Shown piece after piece: positions 51,041 through 64,000 of a DNA stretch of 64,000 nucleotides. The translations under genes were made by a program, and so were the position numbers. This DNA is from Octopus vulgaris. Taxonomy: Eukaryota. The DNA lies in contig OX597819.1 in NCBI GenBank assembly GCA_951406725.2, positions 75,392,001 through 75,456,000 on the forward strand, given 5' to 3'. The notes beneath the pieces were generated by a model. That model was not told where the DNA came from and did not search any database. It saw nothing but the letters and a program-made list of their open reading frames with translations. The stretch's first letter is position 1. The number at the start of each line of letters is the position of its first letter.

Positions 51041-53603
51041 AAATACATGCACGCATATCATCATCATCATCCTATTGTTAATGTCCACTTCTCCATGCTT
51101 GCATAGATCGGATGGAGTTTGTTGAGTTTGATGCCCTTCTTGTCGCCAACTCTCACCTATTTCCAAGTAAGGTAATATTTCCCCATGACTAGACATGTTT
51201 TCACAGGAAATTGGAAACAGCATGATGGTGATAATTAGTTATAGTTATCATGCAAGGTGACAGTAACACACCCACACCGGCTTCTTTCATTTTCCGTCCA
51301 TTGAACTCACAAGTGTCACGCAGTGGAATCGAACCCAGAGCCATGTGGTTAGGAAGCAAATTTCTTACCATGCTGCCACATCTGTGCACCATGTACCTAT
51401 GTATCTCAATGAATGATAGAATAACAAGAGTCCTGCAATCATCTTCATCAGCTCCCACACCTGCGTCTGCTATTAGAAGCATTGCAGTCAGAGTCTATAC
51501 CTAAATGAAATCATAGCGCACACACACACACACACACACATGAAATAAGCACCGAACCATAATGACTTGTTGACTTCTGACACAGCATAATGTTTTATGT
51601 AAACATTTCTCAAAGTCGCATACAGCAGAGGTAGGGCAGAGACTCAATGAACTGTATGCAGCCTTCATTTCTGCCTTTTCTCTTTTTCTTTTTTGCCAAA
51701 AGAAAATATATATTACTTGTAATACTGTACTTATCTTTCTATTATGAATTGTAGTCACACGGCATCACGTTGTGCTATCATTTAACCAAGGTGTGTGAAC
51801 AACCAGACATTTAGAGGTGAAGAGGTGCTTATTGCAACCTAGATGGTTGTTATGATTTAGTTCCTTAATCATAGGGCTGAACCATAAGAATCATTAGCAC
51901 ACTGGGAAAAATGCTTAGCAGCATTTCATCCTTCTTCATGTTCTGAGCTCAAATTCTGCTGAGATCGACTTTGCCTTTCATCCTTTCAGAGTCGATAAAA
52001 TTTGTACCAGTTAAGCACGGGATTGATGTAATTGACCAGGTTCCACCTTCCTCAAATATTTCAAGTCTTGTTCTTATAATAGAAAGCACTATCTTCTATT
52101 CAGCTCCGGCTGAGAAAACACATCGTCAAATGTGGTTCCATCCATGTCCATCCATGAACACGGCCTTATGAATGTGAGTTCAATTCCCAGCAGTGCACTG
52201 TGTCCTTGAACAAGGTACTTATTTCACGTTGCTCAAGCTGCCAGACGAGATGGTGAAGATGCCGACGACCGCTCGGTTCAAAGTCTCCCTTGACCTCAAG
52301 TGGCCTGAACTCTTTACATGAACACCACCCTGTACATAACTCCATGTCCCCCTACATGGCCTTGCTTTTTAGCTTTTTGAGCCAAAAAAATTAACTAACT
52401 AACTAACTAACTAACTAAATGAGATGTACCTGTAATTTAAAAGGGCCAGCCTTGTCACATTCTGTGTCATGCTGAATCTCCCTGAGAACTACGTGAAAGA
52501 GTACGCGTGTCTGTGGAGTGCCCAGCCACTTGTATGTTAATTTCACGAATAGGCTGTTCTGTTGACAGGATCAACTGGAACCTGCATTGTCTTAACTGAA
52601 GAAGTGCCAATAGTTGTCTAATATGGTCTGAACCTGGAACCATGAGGTTGGGTAGTAAACCTCTTACTACACAGCCACGCCTGTGCTTATATGTATTTAT
52701 TTGAGTGGTAATCAATGGGGGTTGAAACTGAAACTACGTCGTTGTGACACAAACTTCTTAACCACCCAGCCATGACTGCCTATATGATTTCCAGTCCCGC
52801 CAGAGATGATTGTACTTTTCACACTTCTCTGATCAATACCATAACTGCTTGTTTATTTCAGTCAAGTATTGGGTACGGTCCAACTCATATTCTTCCCTAT
52901 GGACACCACCCCATAAAGCAAACAAACAAACACATATTTGTAGCTTAGTGCCAATGTTGAAAAATCAATATTTATCTATTTATCGTGATGAAAATATTAA
53001 GAATATACGGATAAGGTGCGATGTGGAAATAAATCTTGCGGCATTTTCTTAAAAATGGTTGTAATTGTTATTGTAACACGAATTGTAATTTAGGTTTACA
53101 ATAAAAAAAAAAAGAGAAATAAATACAATAAATAAATAAAACAGAATATAAACATTTCTCTTTCTTCTTATCGATTTTACTGTCATGTAAAATTGTGTGG
53201 AAGAGTGGATTTATATAATGTTATTTCCTATTTTTTCAGAATTCAATTCAATAAAGATAATTAATTTGCCTGATAACCCTCTAGCAATTGAAGAATTAGT
53301 GCAAGAAAAAAGCAATTAAATAAAACAAAAAAACATATAGTAAAAAAACAAAACAAAAAAAAAAACATGTATCTACCATCATCGTCGTTTTGTGGTTCCC
53401 AGCCTGGTTCTAAGAATCGCTGGGGTACACAAAGCTAGTATTGGGAACCTGCGAGCTGAGTTTAAAAATTTGTATAGAAGGACCTCTCAAAAGCCTGAAG
53501 TGGGTTTGTGGGAAAACTCATTTAAACGAAAGCAGGGTCCTTGCTGGTGAAAATGTTGTGAAACGGTTTCTTATGTTGTTACTCAACTTACTAGAAATAA
53601 CAA

Positions 53604-53638
<35 letters not shown>

Positions 53639-55324
53639 AAACGCACTTTAAGTATATTAGGTAAACTAGTCATACATCTCTTAAACAGACAGATTGCTCA
53701 TAGCTAGAATGTCTTCACTCATAGGTCTGTCTGCTGGAGACAAAAAACATTAATCACAAGTGAAGAAATTATGTATTATCTCATGATTATGCATAATGAT
53801 TTTGCATAATCTCAACAAGTTGTTTTATTGTCTCATCAGCTGGACTACGAAGGGCAGAACAAGTCAGCCAGTTCATGTTATACAGCTGGTGGTGAGGTGC
53901 TAGTCGATTACATCGACCTCAGTACTGAACTGGTACTTAATTTATCGACCCCGAAAGGATGAAAGGCAAAGTCGACCTCGGCGGAATTTGAACTCTGAAC
54001 GTAAAGACAGACGAAATACCGCTAAGTATTTTGCTCGGTGTGATAACGATTCTGCCAACTCGCCGCCTTATCATTAGATAATAAAAATAAAGTAGATTTT
54101 TTCAAACTACTAGTGGGGAAAACAGTTTTCTGGAAAGTTATAATGGGACCTGGGGGAAAATAGGTCGGAAAACATTGCTCTAGAGGACCGTCGTTGTGCA
54201 AAGGAAGAAATGGGTGTAATGTTTAGTGTGAAGCCAGGGATTAGAAGGAGAAGCGAGTGGAATGGAATGCTGCAGTGGGTTATCCAATGTTTGAGGCGAC
54301 AGGACGTGCTATCATTACATTTTCCGTCCGGATCCCCAAGCGTAACCACCCAAGATCATGGATATTATCCAACCATCTCGTTTCCCTTCTGCTTCTAAGT
54401 AAGCATATAGTATTATGTCAAGTTATCTGATGTGCCCTTCAATCTTCAAAGACAGTATAGTGTGATTTGAATGAAATTTGGCTGCTATTCCTAGCTGGTC
54501 GGTCGGCCACATTAGCGGTTTCCTCGGTCGTCAAGGAAGATATAATTTTCTGAGGTCAGTAGGTCAACGTATCAACACAGCTGCGGTATCTGTAGCACTT
54601 GTTTGCTACTGCAATAGTAATGATCACTGTTTGTCAACTGATACCACACGGGCACAGAGCCAACGAAAGATTATAGAAATTAATTGAAACATTAGAAAAT
54701 AGTTTTGTAATCAATAACAAAAATGACAATGACATTAATACCTCCTCCTCCTCATCATCATCTCCCCGTCCCATCCTCCTCCTCTCCATAATTTCTGCCT
54801 CCCCCCTCCTCATCCCTTCATTCCTTGTTCCCGCCTCCGCTTCCTCACACCCCCTTTACTGTTCTTATCCTTGTCTTTGGCATCATCGTCGTCGTCGTCG
54901 TCATCATCATCATCATCATCATCGAACGCACGACTAACAAAATCAGTCAAGAATTATTTATGCCTGATAAAAAAAATAAACAACAAACAAGAATCATTAT
55001 GTGTCCGATAAAAAACGAAAAAAACGAAAACAAACACAAAACAAAACAAAACACAAACATTACTTTGTATCGATATCAAGAGTAATTAGAGACAAAAAAA
55101 AGACAAAAATCAAAAGTGCAAGGAATTTTATAAACGAGCTGAATAATCTATTAAATTTTACGTTAAGATAAAAGAAAGGAACAAAAATTAACAATATTTG
55201 TACATTTTTCAATACATATTTTCTTCGTTCAATCAAAGGAAGACAGGAAGCCCATGACCTTTTTTAGAATTAATTTATGTGGGTCCGCATTCTGAAATAT
55301 TCCTTTTTTATCTTTTTGTTTTTC

Positions 55325-55530
55325 TTGTTTCAGCCATTTTTGACTACGGCGGCCATGCTGGGGCACCGCCTTGAATCGTTTTAGTCGAAACAAATCGACG
55401 CAGGACTTTGTTTCTTAGAGCCTTGTATTTATTCTATCAGTCACTTTTGCCGAACCACTAGTTTACAGGGACGTAAACACACAAACACCGGTTGTCAAGC
55501 GGTGGTGGGGGACAAACACAGACACAAAGA
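55325..55530 (-). mobile_element. SINE of a second family; related piece at about 57175-57315 in the opposite orientation
   Basis: GGCCATGCTGGGGCACCGCCTTG...TTAGTCGAA..TTTTGCCGAAC, shared in reverse with 57175-57315. Confidence 0.65.
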
Positions 55531-55779
55531 CGCGTGCGCAGACGCACGTACACACACACACACGCACACCACACACACACACACACACATACACACACAC
55601 AAAAGATGGAAGATAGAAATAGCACAGAAGTAAGTCTGAGACATTTAAATTTAAGAGCAAATTTAATAAAAATGATTTTAAAAATTAAATAAAGAAAATA
55701 TTACCAGTTTCGATGAGTCTCATCTTATCAAATATCAGTAAAAATTTATAAAAATTTGAAGTAAAAACAGTTTATCTTC

Positions 55780-56767
55780 TGTCTGGGGGAGTCAAAAACT
55801 GCTTATTTCGGTAACATAAAAATCTGGTGTTCTGGAGCTGATGAACTCTTGAACGCACTTTCAGCATCGGTTTAATTTTTGAACCCCTTCTCTCTCAGGA
55901 AACCATCAAGGTGCTTGAGAAAATGGTAGTCAGTAGGAGTAAGGTCTGGGGAATAAGCTTTGTGGGAAAGAACTTCATAGCCAAGTTCCCTCAGCTTCTG
56001 GAGCGTCATTAGTGAAACGTGTGGTCTAGCATTGTCATGAAGAATGATTGGCCCTATTCTATTGACCAGTCTTGGAGGAGTAACAGTTTTTCGTTCATTT
56101 TGGCAATTTCATGGCAATATGTATCTGCAGTAATGGTTTTTCCGGGTTTTAAGAAGTTATAATGGATGAGTCCAGGAGTACACTACCAAACAGTCACCAT
56201 AACTTTCTTTTTGAAGAGCTCGGGTTTAGGGAAGGTTTTCGGTGCTTTATTTTGGTCCAACCACTGCGAAGAACGTTTTTTTTATCATTGTACAGAATCC
56301 CCTTTTCATCGCAAGTTACAATACGATCGAGAAATGGATCAGTCTGGTTACGGAGAAGAAGCGACGAGCAAATTTCATATCTGCGCACTCTCTGTTTTTC
56401 ATTCAAATCGTGTGGTACCATTTGTTGAGCTTTCTTGATTTTCCAATTTTATGCAAATGGTTGAAGGCAGTTTTCTGGCTAACTTGAAGTTCTTTTGTCA
56501 ATTCTCGAGTGGCTTTATCTAGCTCTTTCTCAATGGCGGTATTTAATTGAGCGTCATCGATGACAGATGGGCGTCCACTTCGCTCACTATCTTCAAGGTT
56601 CAGGTCTCCACTGCGAAATCGTTTTAACCATTTTCGAGCTGACTACTCACTGGTCATTTCCTCACCAAACGTTTCGTTGATATCGCGAGCAGTTTCAGCT
56701 GCTTTATGTCCTTTTTGAAGAAGTTGAATTGCAAAATTGCTCAAACACCGCACTTTGACAGTTCCAT
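55780..56767 (-). pseudogene. mariner transposase relic
   Basis: VPHDL, IVTCDEKGILY, LHDNARPH, YSPDLTPTDYHF; ATG at 56767; several disablements. Confidence 0.88.
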
Positions 56768-56964
56768 TTCAGATGATTGTAACAACGGTAAAGTTGTTAC
56801 AATCATCGAAGACACTTGCCCAAGGTGCAACACACAGAGACTGAACCTGAAACAGGGTTGGGAAACAAACCCCAAACCATGTAAATGCTGGGTAACATCT
56901 AATTCTGACATGGTTACGACACACCTGTACAGAGGGACTGAACATGGGACCTTGTGGTTGAGAT

Positions 56965-57020
56965 GCTTGCAACACCTAGATTTCCCAAGTGGTCACCCGT
57001 CTAAGTACTAACCAGGCTTG
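56965..57020 (-). pseudogene. 5S rRNA-derived fragment (3' half)
   Basis: Reverse strand GCCTGGTTAGTACTTAGACGGGTGACCACTTGGGAAATCTAGGTGTTGCAAGC matches the metazoan 5S intermediate element, box C and 3' end. Confidence 0.75.
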
Positions 57021-57074
57021 ACAAATGATATACTGGCGATACACGTGCGTGTGAGCGCGCGTGCGTGCGTGTGT

Positions 57075-57106
<32 letters not shown>

Positions 57107-57521
57107 TTAAGCCTGTGTACCTACACCCATATATGTATGTGTGTGTGTCTTTTACCTGTATTTACGTCCCCATAACTAGCAGTTCGGCAAAAGAGAACGA
57201 TAGAATAAGTCCCAGCTTAAAAAAAGAAAACTTACTGGTCGATTCATTCGACTAAAACTTCTCCAAGGTGGTGCCCCAATATGGGCTGCAGTGTAATGAC
57301 TGAAACAAGTAAAAGATATACATACATACATGCAAAGGTGTGTGTGTGTGTATGTATAAACACATACATACACACACACACACACATATATATATACATG
57401 CACACACTCATATATATATATAGTTAATCCAAACAAGAAAACACAAAAAAAACACAACAACGCGAGGACGTGGAACAAATATAGTATTATTGGACGCTCA
57501 GGAAAGAAGGGAAGAAGGAGG

Positions 57522-57556
57522 GTTTAACGTTTCGAGCGGAGCTCTTCGTCGGAAAC
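57522..57556 (-). ncRNA. Minimal hammerhead-like motif with U4C core (CCGACGA)
   Basis: gttt CCGACGA agagc-tcc-gctc GAAA cg TT aaac. Confidence 0.55.
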
Positions 57557-57645
57557 ATAGGAGAAGGAAAGATCCAGAGAAGGGAAGACAGAGGAAAAAA
57601 ATCGCCAACGGTACACGCAAGGTCACACACACACACATATGCATA

Positions 57646-58603
57646 CAAGGCCCCTCCCTCCAAAAAAACAAAACAGAACCCATAAAATTTTTATTAAATC
57701 CTACTAAGGTCCTGGCAAATTTCAAGAAATTTGCTGGACTTAAACTTCGGTCTGTGTACGATCATTCGCTTTACATAAAAGTCATGTTCTTTTTAAAATA
57801 TGCTCCAAATGGAGTGCGCGGCGTTGGAAGCACACTTGCAAACGTCGGGCAAAATTGTCAATTACTCAAACACATTCCCCTTTGGGGATTTCCTTGATTT
57901 CTGCTGTGATTGCTGCCTACAGTTCACCAATCATTTGATGGTTGTTCTGGTAAACATTATCCTTGAGATACACCCACAGATAAAAATTTGGTGGGGTCAA
58001 GTCCGGTGAATGCGATGCCCACTCAACGTCACACTTCCTGCTGATCAGTCTCTCCTGAAATCGCTCTCTCAGCCAGGCTAGGAAGTCATCTGATGCGTTA
58101 GTGGGTGACCCCGTCTTGCTGCAACCACTGTTAATCTCGATCTATTCCACTGCGTCGTCCCAATGATGCCCAAAACCTCCTCAGCACTGCCACATAGCGC
58201 TCCATGTTCACCGTTTGAGCTTCCAGATTTTCGTCTTCGAACCAATATGAGCCGATGATGCCATATTTAGAGATTGCTACCCATGCCGTGCACTTTGCAC
58301 AGTCCCATACTCACAGAACTTTTGAACCCAGTCAAAAATTTTGCTTCTTGATGGAGCATGACGACACCGAAACTGTCTCTGAAAATTTGCTTGCACTGCA
58401 GTTTATAATTTGTTGGTGAAATAGGACTCCAAGCAAAATGTCTTTTCCTTGGTTGGCCAAGACATGTTGGGGTAAACTATTGTTCCAATCTTTCATGCAC
58501 AAAGTCGACTTGTATACCCTGGAAAAGAAAAGAAGTAATATTAAAATTAACGGTTTCATTCAAAGATTTGTGGGTTCTGTTTTTTTTTGGGGGGGTCACC
58601 CTG
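57646..58603 (-). mobile_element. Internally deleted Tc1/mariner-superfamily element
   Basis: Degenerate TIRs CAGGGTGACCCCCCCAAAAAAAAACAGAACCC with TA flanks; WLQQDG, SHSPDLTPPNFYLWVYLKDNVY. Confidence 0.8.
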
Positions 58604-58878
58604 TACACACGCACACACACACACACACGCACACACACACACGCATGCACACACACACACACACAGACAAAATATCAAAATAGTGCTGGTATAACCCTCT
58701 AATCCTTCAGCTGTCACATCTAGTATGTTCCACCGAGTCAAGAGTGGGAAAACCGAGAATGTGCCTGTGTCTACTTGCGACAACACGAGTACAATTTGCC
58801 GTTGTAGCGAAAGCATGGTACATTCTACCAAGTAGTTCTTGCTTGTAAGTGACGGGTATAGCTTACTTTAGCCTGTCC

Positions 58879-58964
<86 letters not shown>

Positions 58965-59289
58965 CATACGATGGTGCATAACAACTATAAATGATAACAG
59001 AAATGTTTGTCACCACAGCATTATTCATTTAACGCCGTCTTCTCTCTCTGCATTCCGGTCACTTCCAAACTCTGAAACTGATCTACATCTATCATAAGAA
59101 CGCTATAATTCTCACTCACTCCCAACAAAATCTGAACCCGCTTCGACTGGCATTCCATAAACACAATAGCAACAACTTATTAGCTGCAACACTGTTAGAA
59201 GGTACACCGTCTATGATAAGTACAAAGGAACAGTAAATATCGTACGTCGATTGAATCCACCATGTCCGTTCCTGTTGTGACCAACGATT

Positions 59290-59550
59290 ACAGGTAAGAT
59301 TACCGCCATCAATTCATCGCAGGAGAGTTCACTGCGATCAATTCACCGTGAAGAACGTTCACTGTGAACTTTAGAGTTCGGAAATAGGTTTAAATTTTTA
59401 AAAATTCTTTTACTCTGAACCTATCTCTCCGTAAACTTTCCTTGCGGTGAACTTTCCACGCAGTGAACATTCCTTACGGTGAACTTTCCCCGCAGTGAAT
59501 TGATGACGGTGAACTTTCGTTGAAGTGATTTGATGACGGTGAGCTTACTG
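59290..59550. repeat. Foldback/MITE-like element built from about 15-nt CGGTGAACTTTC units in inverted arms
   Basis: Left arm has GTTCACTG/ATTCACCG units; right arm has CGGTGAAC/CAGTGAA units. Confidence 0.6.
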
Positions 59551-60616
59551 GACATGGTGACCAACATTACTGATCTCATATACAGTCGAAAACATACTAG
59601 ACAGTAGACCACAATGTTACACTGTACTCAGTGGGATAATATGATTTCTTAACATTTCTCGAACTTGCAGGTCTAGAAACGTTGAGATATATATATATGA
59701 AAAAAAAAAAAAAGGTCTGATGTAACTTACAATTTAGTTGTACCCCCCCCCAACAAAAAGCAAAAACAAAAACAAAATAAAAATCTTACACTAAGAAGAC
59801 TCTCTCAACACAATCCCTTATGTGCTCAAAAGAAATGAACTGTTGTGGGACAATACATTATTCACATATTTTGTACTAGAAGTCACGACAGTTCTTAAAA
59901 TTTTTCTAGAAATTGTATTCACTAGAGTCGTATTTTATTTTATTGGTAAATGACTTGAAGTGAGACTGTGCTGTGAAAGTGATACAATCAACTTATTGAA
60001 GAGTCGTTTAAGAACATGCAAAACTGTGCGTTACCTTCATTTTTCGTTTATTTCTTAGTTCTGGCTACTATGATGCAGTGGATTCGTTTCAGTTACGAGG
60101 TCGAAGAAATGCGACGAAACTTTTTGTTACTTCATAGTAAACCGTACTACTAAGAAATAACAAGTGATTTAACAGCTTTTCTATTTTTAAACATCTTTTT
60201 AAAATGACTAGAATGACAATGTAATTGTCAGTATTCCCTATATTCTAAGAATATCAATCAATAAGAAATTGTGGATGCTAAAGATTGATACTACTGTCAG
60301 TATACATCGCTATGTTGACCGTATGGTTAAGAAGTTTGCTTCGCAATCTCGAGGCCCCGAGTTAGACCATCTGACGCTGCAACTTCCATAGTTTAGGATC
60401 ACTTGAAGCTTTGTGAGAGAAATTGAGTAGATGGAAACTATATGGAAGCCAGCTGCAGGGACTGCGCTGGTAGCTTAAAGAGTCTTTCCGTCTCTCACAC
60501 CGGGTCATGCCAATCCTGCTTCAGGATTATATTAACACTGCGAATGCTTTTGTAATACTGAGTTACATACGCTATAGTTTAGTGAAGAAGCAGACCTGCC
60601 TGTCTGCCTGCCTGTC

Positions 60617-60675
<59 letters not shown>

Positions 60676-61294
60676 TTGTGAAAGGGAAAACTAAAGACGA
60701 TTAATCCCCCTTCCAGTTGCAGGAAGCTGCCTGAGATCCAATCTGTCGCAAACCACCACCAAGCTAAATAGCACATGTTTTTTGTTTCTTTCAGGTTATA
60801 CTTCCTTAATTTTTGTCATCGTGAACTCAACCGCAAGACCGAAAATCCACCTATGTGCAATCCCTGTGACCAGCTACTTCTCAGAGTTCTCTGTGCGAGA
60901 TTAAACAGGAGCTACAAAACACCCAAATGATAGCAGCGCTTACTACATCAATAAGCCGTGGATTTTAAGGTTTATTTACACCAGCTGTTGTAATAAATCA
61001 TTTGGAGTAACTGCCCTTGATAACCACAAGTATGAATAGAGTGCTTTCCCTTTATTCTATTGTAATCACGTATGAATCAATATTTCTGGTAAGATACCTT
61101 TTCGTCTAACAGACGCGTTTTGACAAAAATGAATCTATCACAACGAAACTCTACCAAGGTAGAACTGTAGTAATAAGATCTTACCTAAAAGAGCCTGAAT
61201 TACTCTACTACAATTTTTTCTTTCGGTCGTTCGTTCGTTCGCAAGCAAAATGCGCGTATATATACATACATGCGTAAACACACACACACATAAC

Positions 61295-61359
<65 letters not shown>

Positions 61360-61436
61360 GTTCTGTATTTAAGAGATGAGGAATTATGTATATTATTTAC
61401 ATTTGACGGATATTTGTGCTCATCTTGTTTCTTGTT

Positions 61437-61482
61437 AACACAACATTTCGGCTGATATACCCTCCAGCCTTCATCAGGTGTC
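61437..61482 (-). ncRNA. Minimal hammerhead ribozyme (left arm)
   Basis: gacac CTGATGA aggctg...cagcc GAAA tg TT gtgtt. Confidence 0.65.
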
Positions 61483-61551
61483 TTGGGAAAATTTCCAACC
61501 TGGGTTCTCATTCCAAAAGTATTTTTTTTCAATGTTATCATTATTATGATC

Positions 61552-61657
<106 letters not shown>

Positions 61658-61676
61658 TCACATTATTATTCGCGAT

Positions 61677-61717
<41 letters not shown>

Positions 61718-61800
61718 TAATAATAATAATAATAATAACAACAATAATAACATTGAAAAAGTACCTTAGGAATGAGAGCCCAGGTTCGAAATTTCCCCAA

Positions 61801-61846
61801 GACACCTGATGAAGGCTGGTGGGTATATCAGCCGAAACGTTGTGTT
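61801..61846 (+). ncRNA. Minimal hammerhead ribozyme (right arm)
   Basis: gacac CTGATGA aggctg...cagcc GAAA cg TT gtgtt. Confidence 0.75.
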
Positions 61847-61903
61847 AACAACAAACAAGATGAGGACAAATATCCATCAAGTGTAAATAATGTACATAAT
61901 GTA

Positions 61904-61950
<47 letters not shown>

Positions 61951-61952
<2 letters not shown>

Positions 61953-62488
61953 GTAATACTTCGATATACGTGTTAATTTGCTCGTAAAGCAAAATCTCGT
62001 AAAACAGAGCAATAATTTCCTATAATAGCAATGTTAGAAATCGTACTTCGTTCTTAGAAAAATACTTTACTAATGAAATTTATAATACTCGTAAATAAAT
62101 CGCAATAAAACAACTGTAGAATGTAAGAATATTCTATGTAAAAAGAATGTCAAGATCATTTATAATAAAAGAAATAGTATCGTTTTCTGAATCACTTTCA
62201 CTCGCATTAGACTCACGCACACCATCATTTGTAGATGCGATCACCCATTCACAAGCACTCGTAGACGGACTTGTGGATTTCTTTAAAAAAAAAAAAAACA
62301 AGTCTGGAGTTGTTTGTTTAGAAGAAGTATTTTTTCGCTCTCTAAATTTCTCGGTAACAAGCAGAAGCATTTGTTATGGTAATAGAAAGTTTCACACTTC
62401 GTTCAAAATTTGGATCTTGTGCTTGAAAAATAAAACTCGTAGACCCGAGGTGTCATAAAGCGAGTCCTCGTAAAGTGAAGTATTACTG
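61951..62488. mobile_element. pogo/Tigger-type MITE
   Basis: TIR CAGTAATACTTC / GAAGTATTACTG, repeated subterminal CTCGTAAA motifs, TA-rich flanks. Confidence 0.75.
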
Positions 62489-62491
62489 TAA

Positions 62492-62494
<3 letters not shown>

Positions 62495-62553
<59 letters not shown>

Positions 62554-62573
62554 CTCAGTGTTTGAATGTTTTG

Positions 62574-62621
<48 letters not shown>

Positions 62622-62664
62622 CTATCTATCTGTCTATCCATCAATCCATTCGCCTGTCCGTCCT

Positions 62665-62713
<49 letters not shown>

Positions 62714-62744
62714 GTCTCTCTCTGTCTCTCTCTGTCTCTCTCTG

Positions 62745-62795
<51 letters not shown>
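62495..62795. repeat. Compound microsatellite (TA)n/(TCTG)n/(TC)n, representative of many in the window
   Basis: Directly visible. Confidence 0.95.
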
Positions 62796-62797
<2 letters not shown>

Positions 62798-63546
62798 AAT
62801 TTGACCTTCTACTATCCATGGTCCCAGATGAATCAATATCAAGCCAGGAGATGCAAAAGAGAGCAGCATTGTCACCAAAAGCCAATCACATAAGATTGTC
62901 CATTGAAAAGGTGATTACACTGGCGGTGCCTTAGCATGGCCCCAACGTTAGGGCTGAAACGTATTAAGAAATATATGAGAGCCCGTGTGTATCATATATT
63001 ATATATCTATCACCAATCTTTGCGCATAAAGATTTACCGTAGGCATTACATTATATGTGGATTATCTCCCGTTAAAGAACAAGGTTTTGATTTAAAGTTA
63101 CTTCCCCTGGGTTAAATCACAAATTTTAATTCGTGTCAGCTCGGTGAAACAAGTATTTTTATCATTTCATAATTAAGCGAGACACCTTTACATAATCCAT
63201 ATATCGTTATTAGCAATATATATAAAAAAGTATACGGATTAGCTGTAATGTTGCGTTGCTGCTGTTTCAGTGTTGACTCCTTCATGCGATTGCTGTAAAT
63301 TTATTGCGCCACGAGCAGCATTTCGTCCGTCTTTACGTTCTGAGATCAAATTTCGCCGAGGTCGACTTTGCCTTTTTATCCTTTCGACGTCGATGAAACA
63401 AGTACCAGTTACGCACCCTGGTCGATATAATCGACTCAACCCCTCCCCCAAAGTTTCAGACCTTGTGCCTACAGTAGAAAGGAATATTTCAAACATAAGT
63501 GAACGTGTTTGTATTTGTGTGTGTGTGTGTCTACACACACACACAC

Positions 63547-63614
<68 letters not shown>

Positions 63615-64000
63615 CATAACAACATGATATGATATAATATAACACAAGCGTACATATATGGGACACATATCGGACAGTACAATCACGGAAAAATAATGTT
63701 TGGAAATACGGAGAATTTGCTGTTGAATGTTCCTGAAAATAGGTTTGCTCCACCCGGGTATATCTCAGATTAAACAACAGCAGTAGCGACCAGCATTAAC
63801 AACCAACAGCAGTAGAACTGTGACTACCACCACAACCACCACTATCACCACCACTACTATCACCAGCTCTTATAGCAAGAACAACAACAAAAATACTATA
63901 TTTTGAAGAATCATTGAGCAATCAACATAACTGTTTCCTAGCGTTATTCTTGGCACGTATGACTACATACCACTCAATTCTGATTTAAGTGTTGATTAGC

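Overview
Eukaryotic, AT-rich, microsatellite-dense genomic DNA. The SINE and repeat content looks like an octopus/cephalopod genome (inferred, not proven). I can support no host protein-coding gene. Positions 1-48.8 kb are an almost uninterrupted pile of nested transposable elements: about nine Penelope-like elements (PLEs) of several lineages, two Ty3/Gypsy LTR elements, a Tx1/L1-like LINE, R4/Dong-like and HERO-like restriction-endonuclease LINEs, a Crypton-like element and a hAT transposase. The last 15 kb holds decayed pogo, mariner and Tc1-like relics, SINEs, MITEs and simple repeats. Main observations: (1) 18 of 19 orientable coding elements lie on the minus strand, as expected for a plus-strand unistrand piRNA cluster or a strongly selected intron. 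(2) Two diverged EN+ PLEs share a gag/pol-like two-ORF layout joined at a conserved T TTT TTA G motif, a candidate -1 frameshift or splice acceptor. (3) There are about 12 hammerhead ribozyme motifs in PLE terminal repeats, including U4C core variants. (4) The Naiad-like PLEs have a conserved structured 5' leader in which a predicted 68-nt intron donor pairs with sequence just upstream of the ATG. (5) The Crypton-like element ends in a 140-bp hairpin with three tandem GA/GA mismatches.
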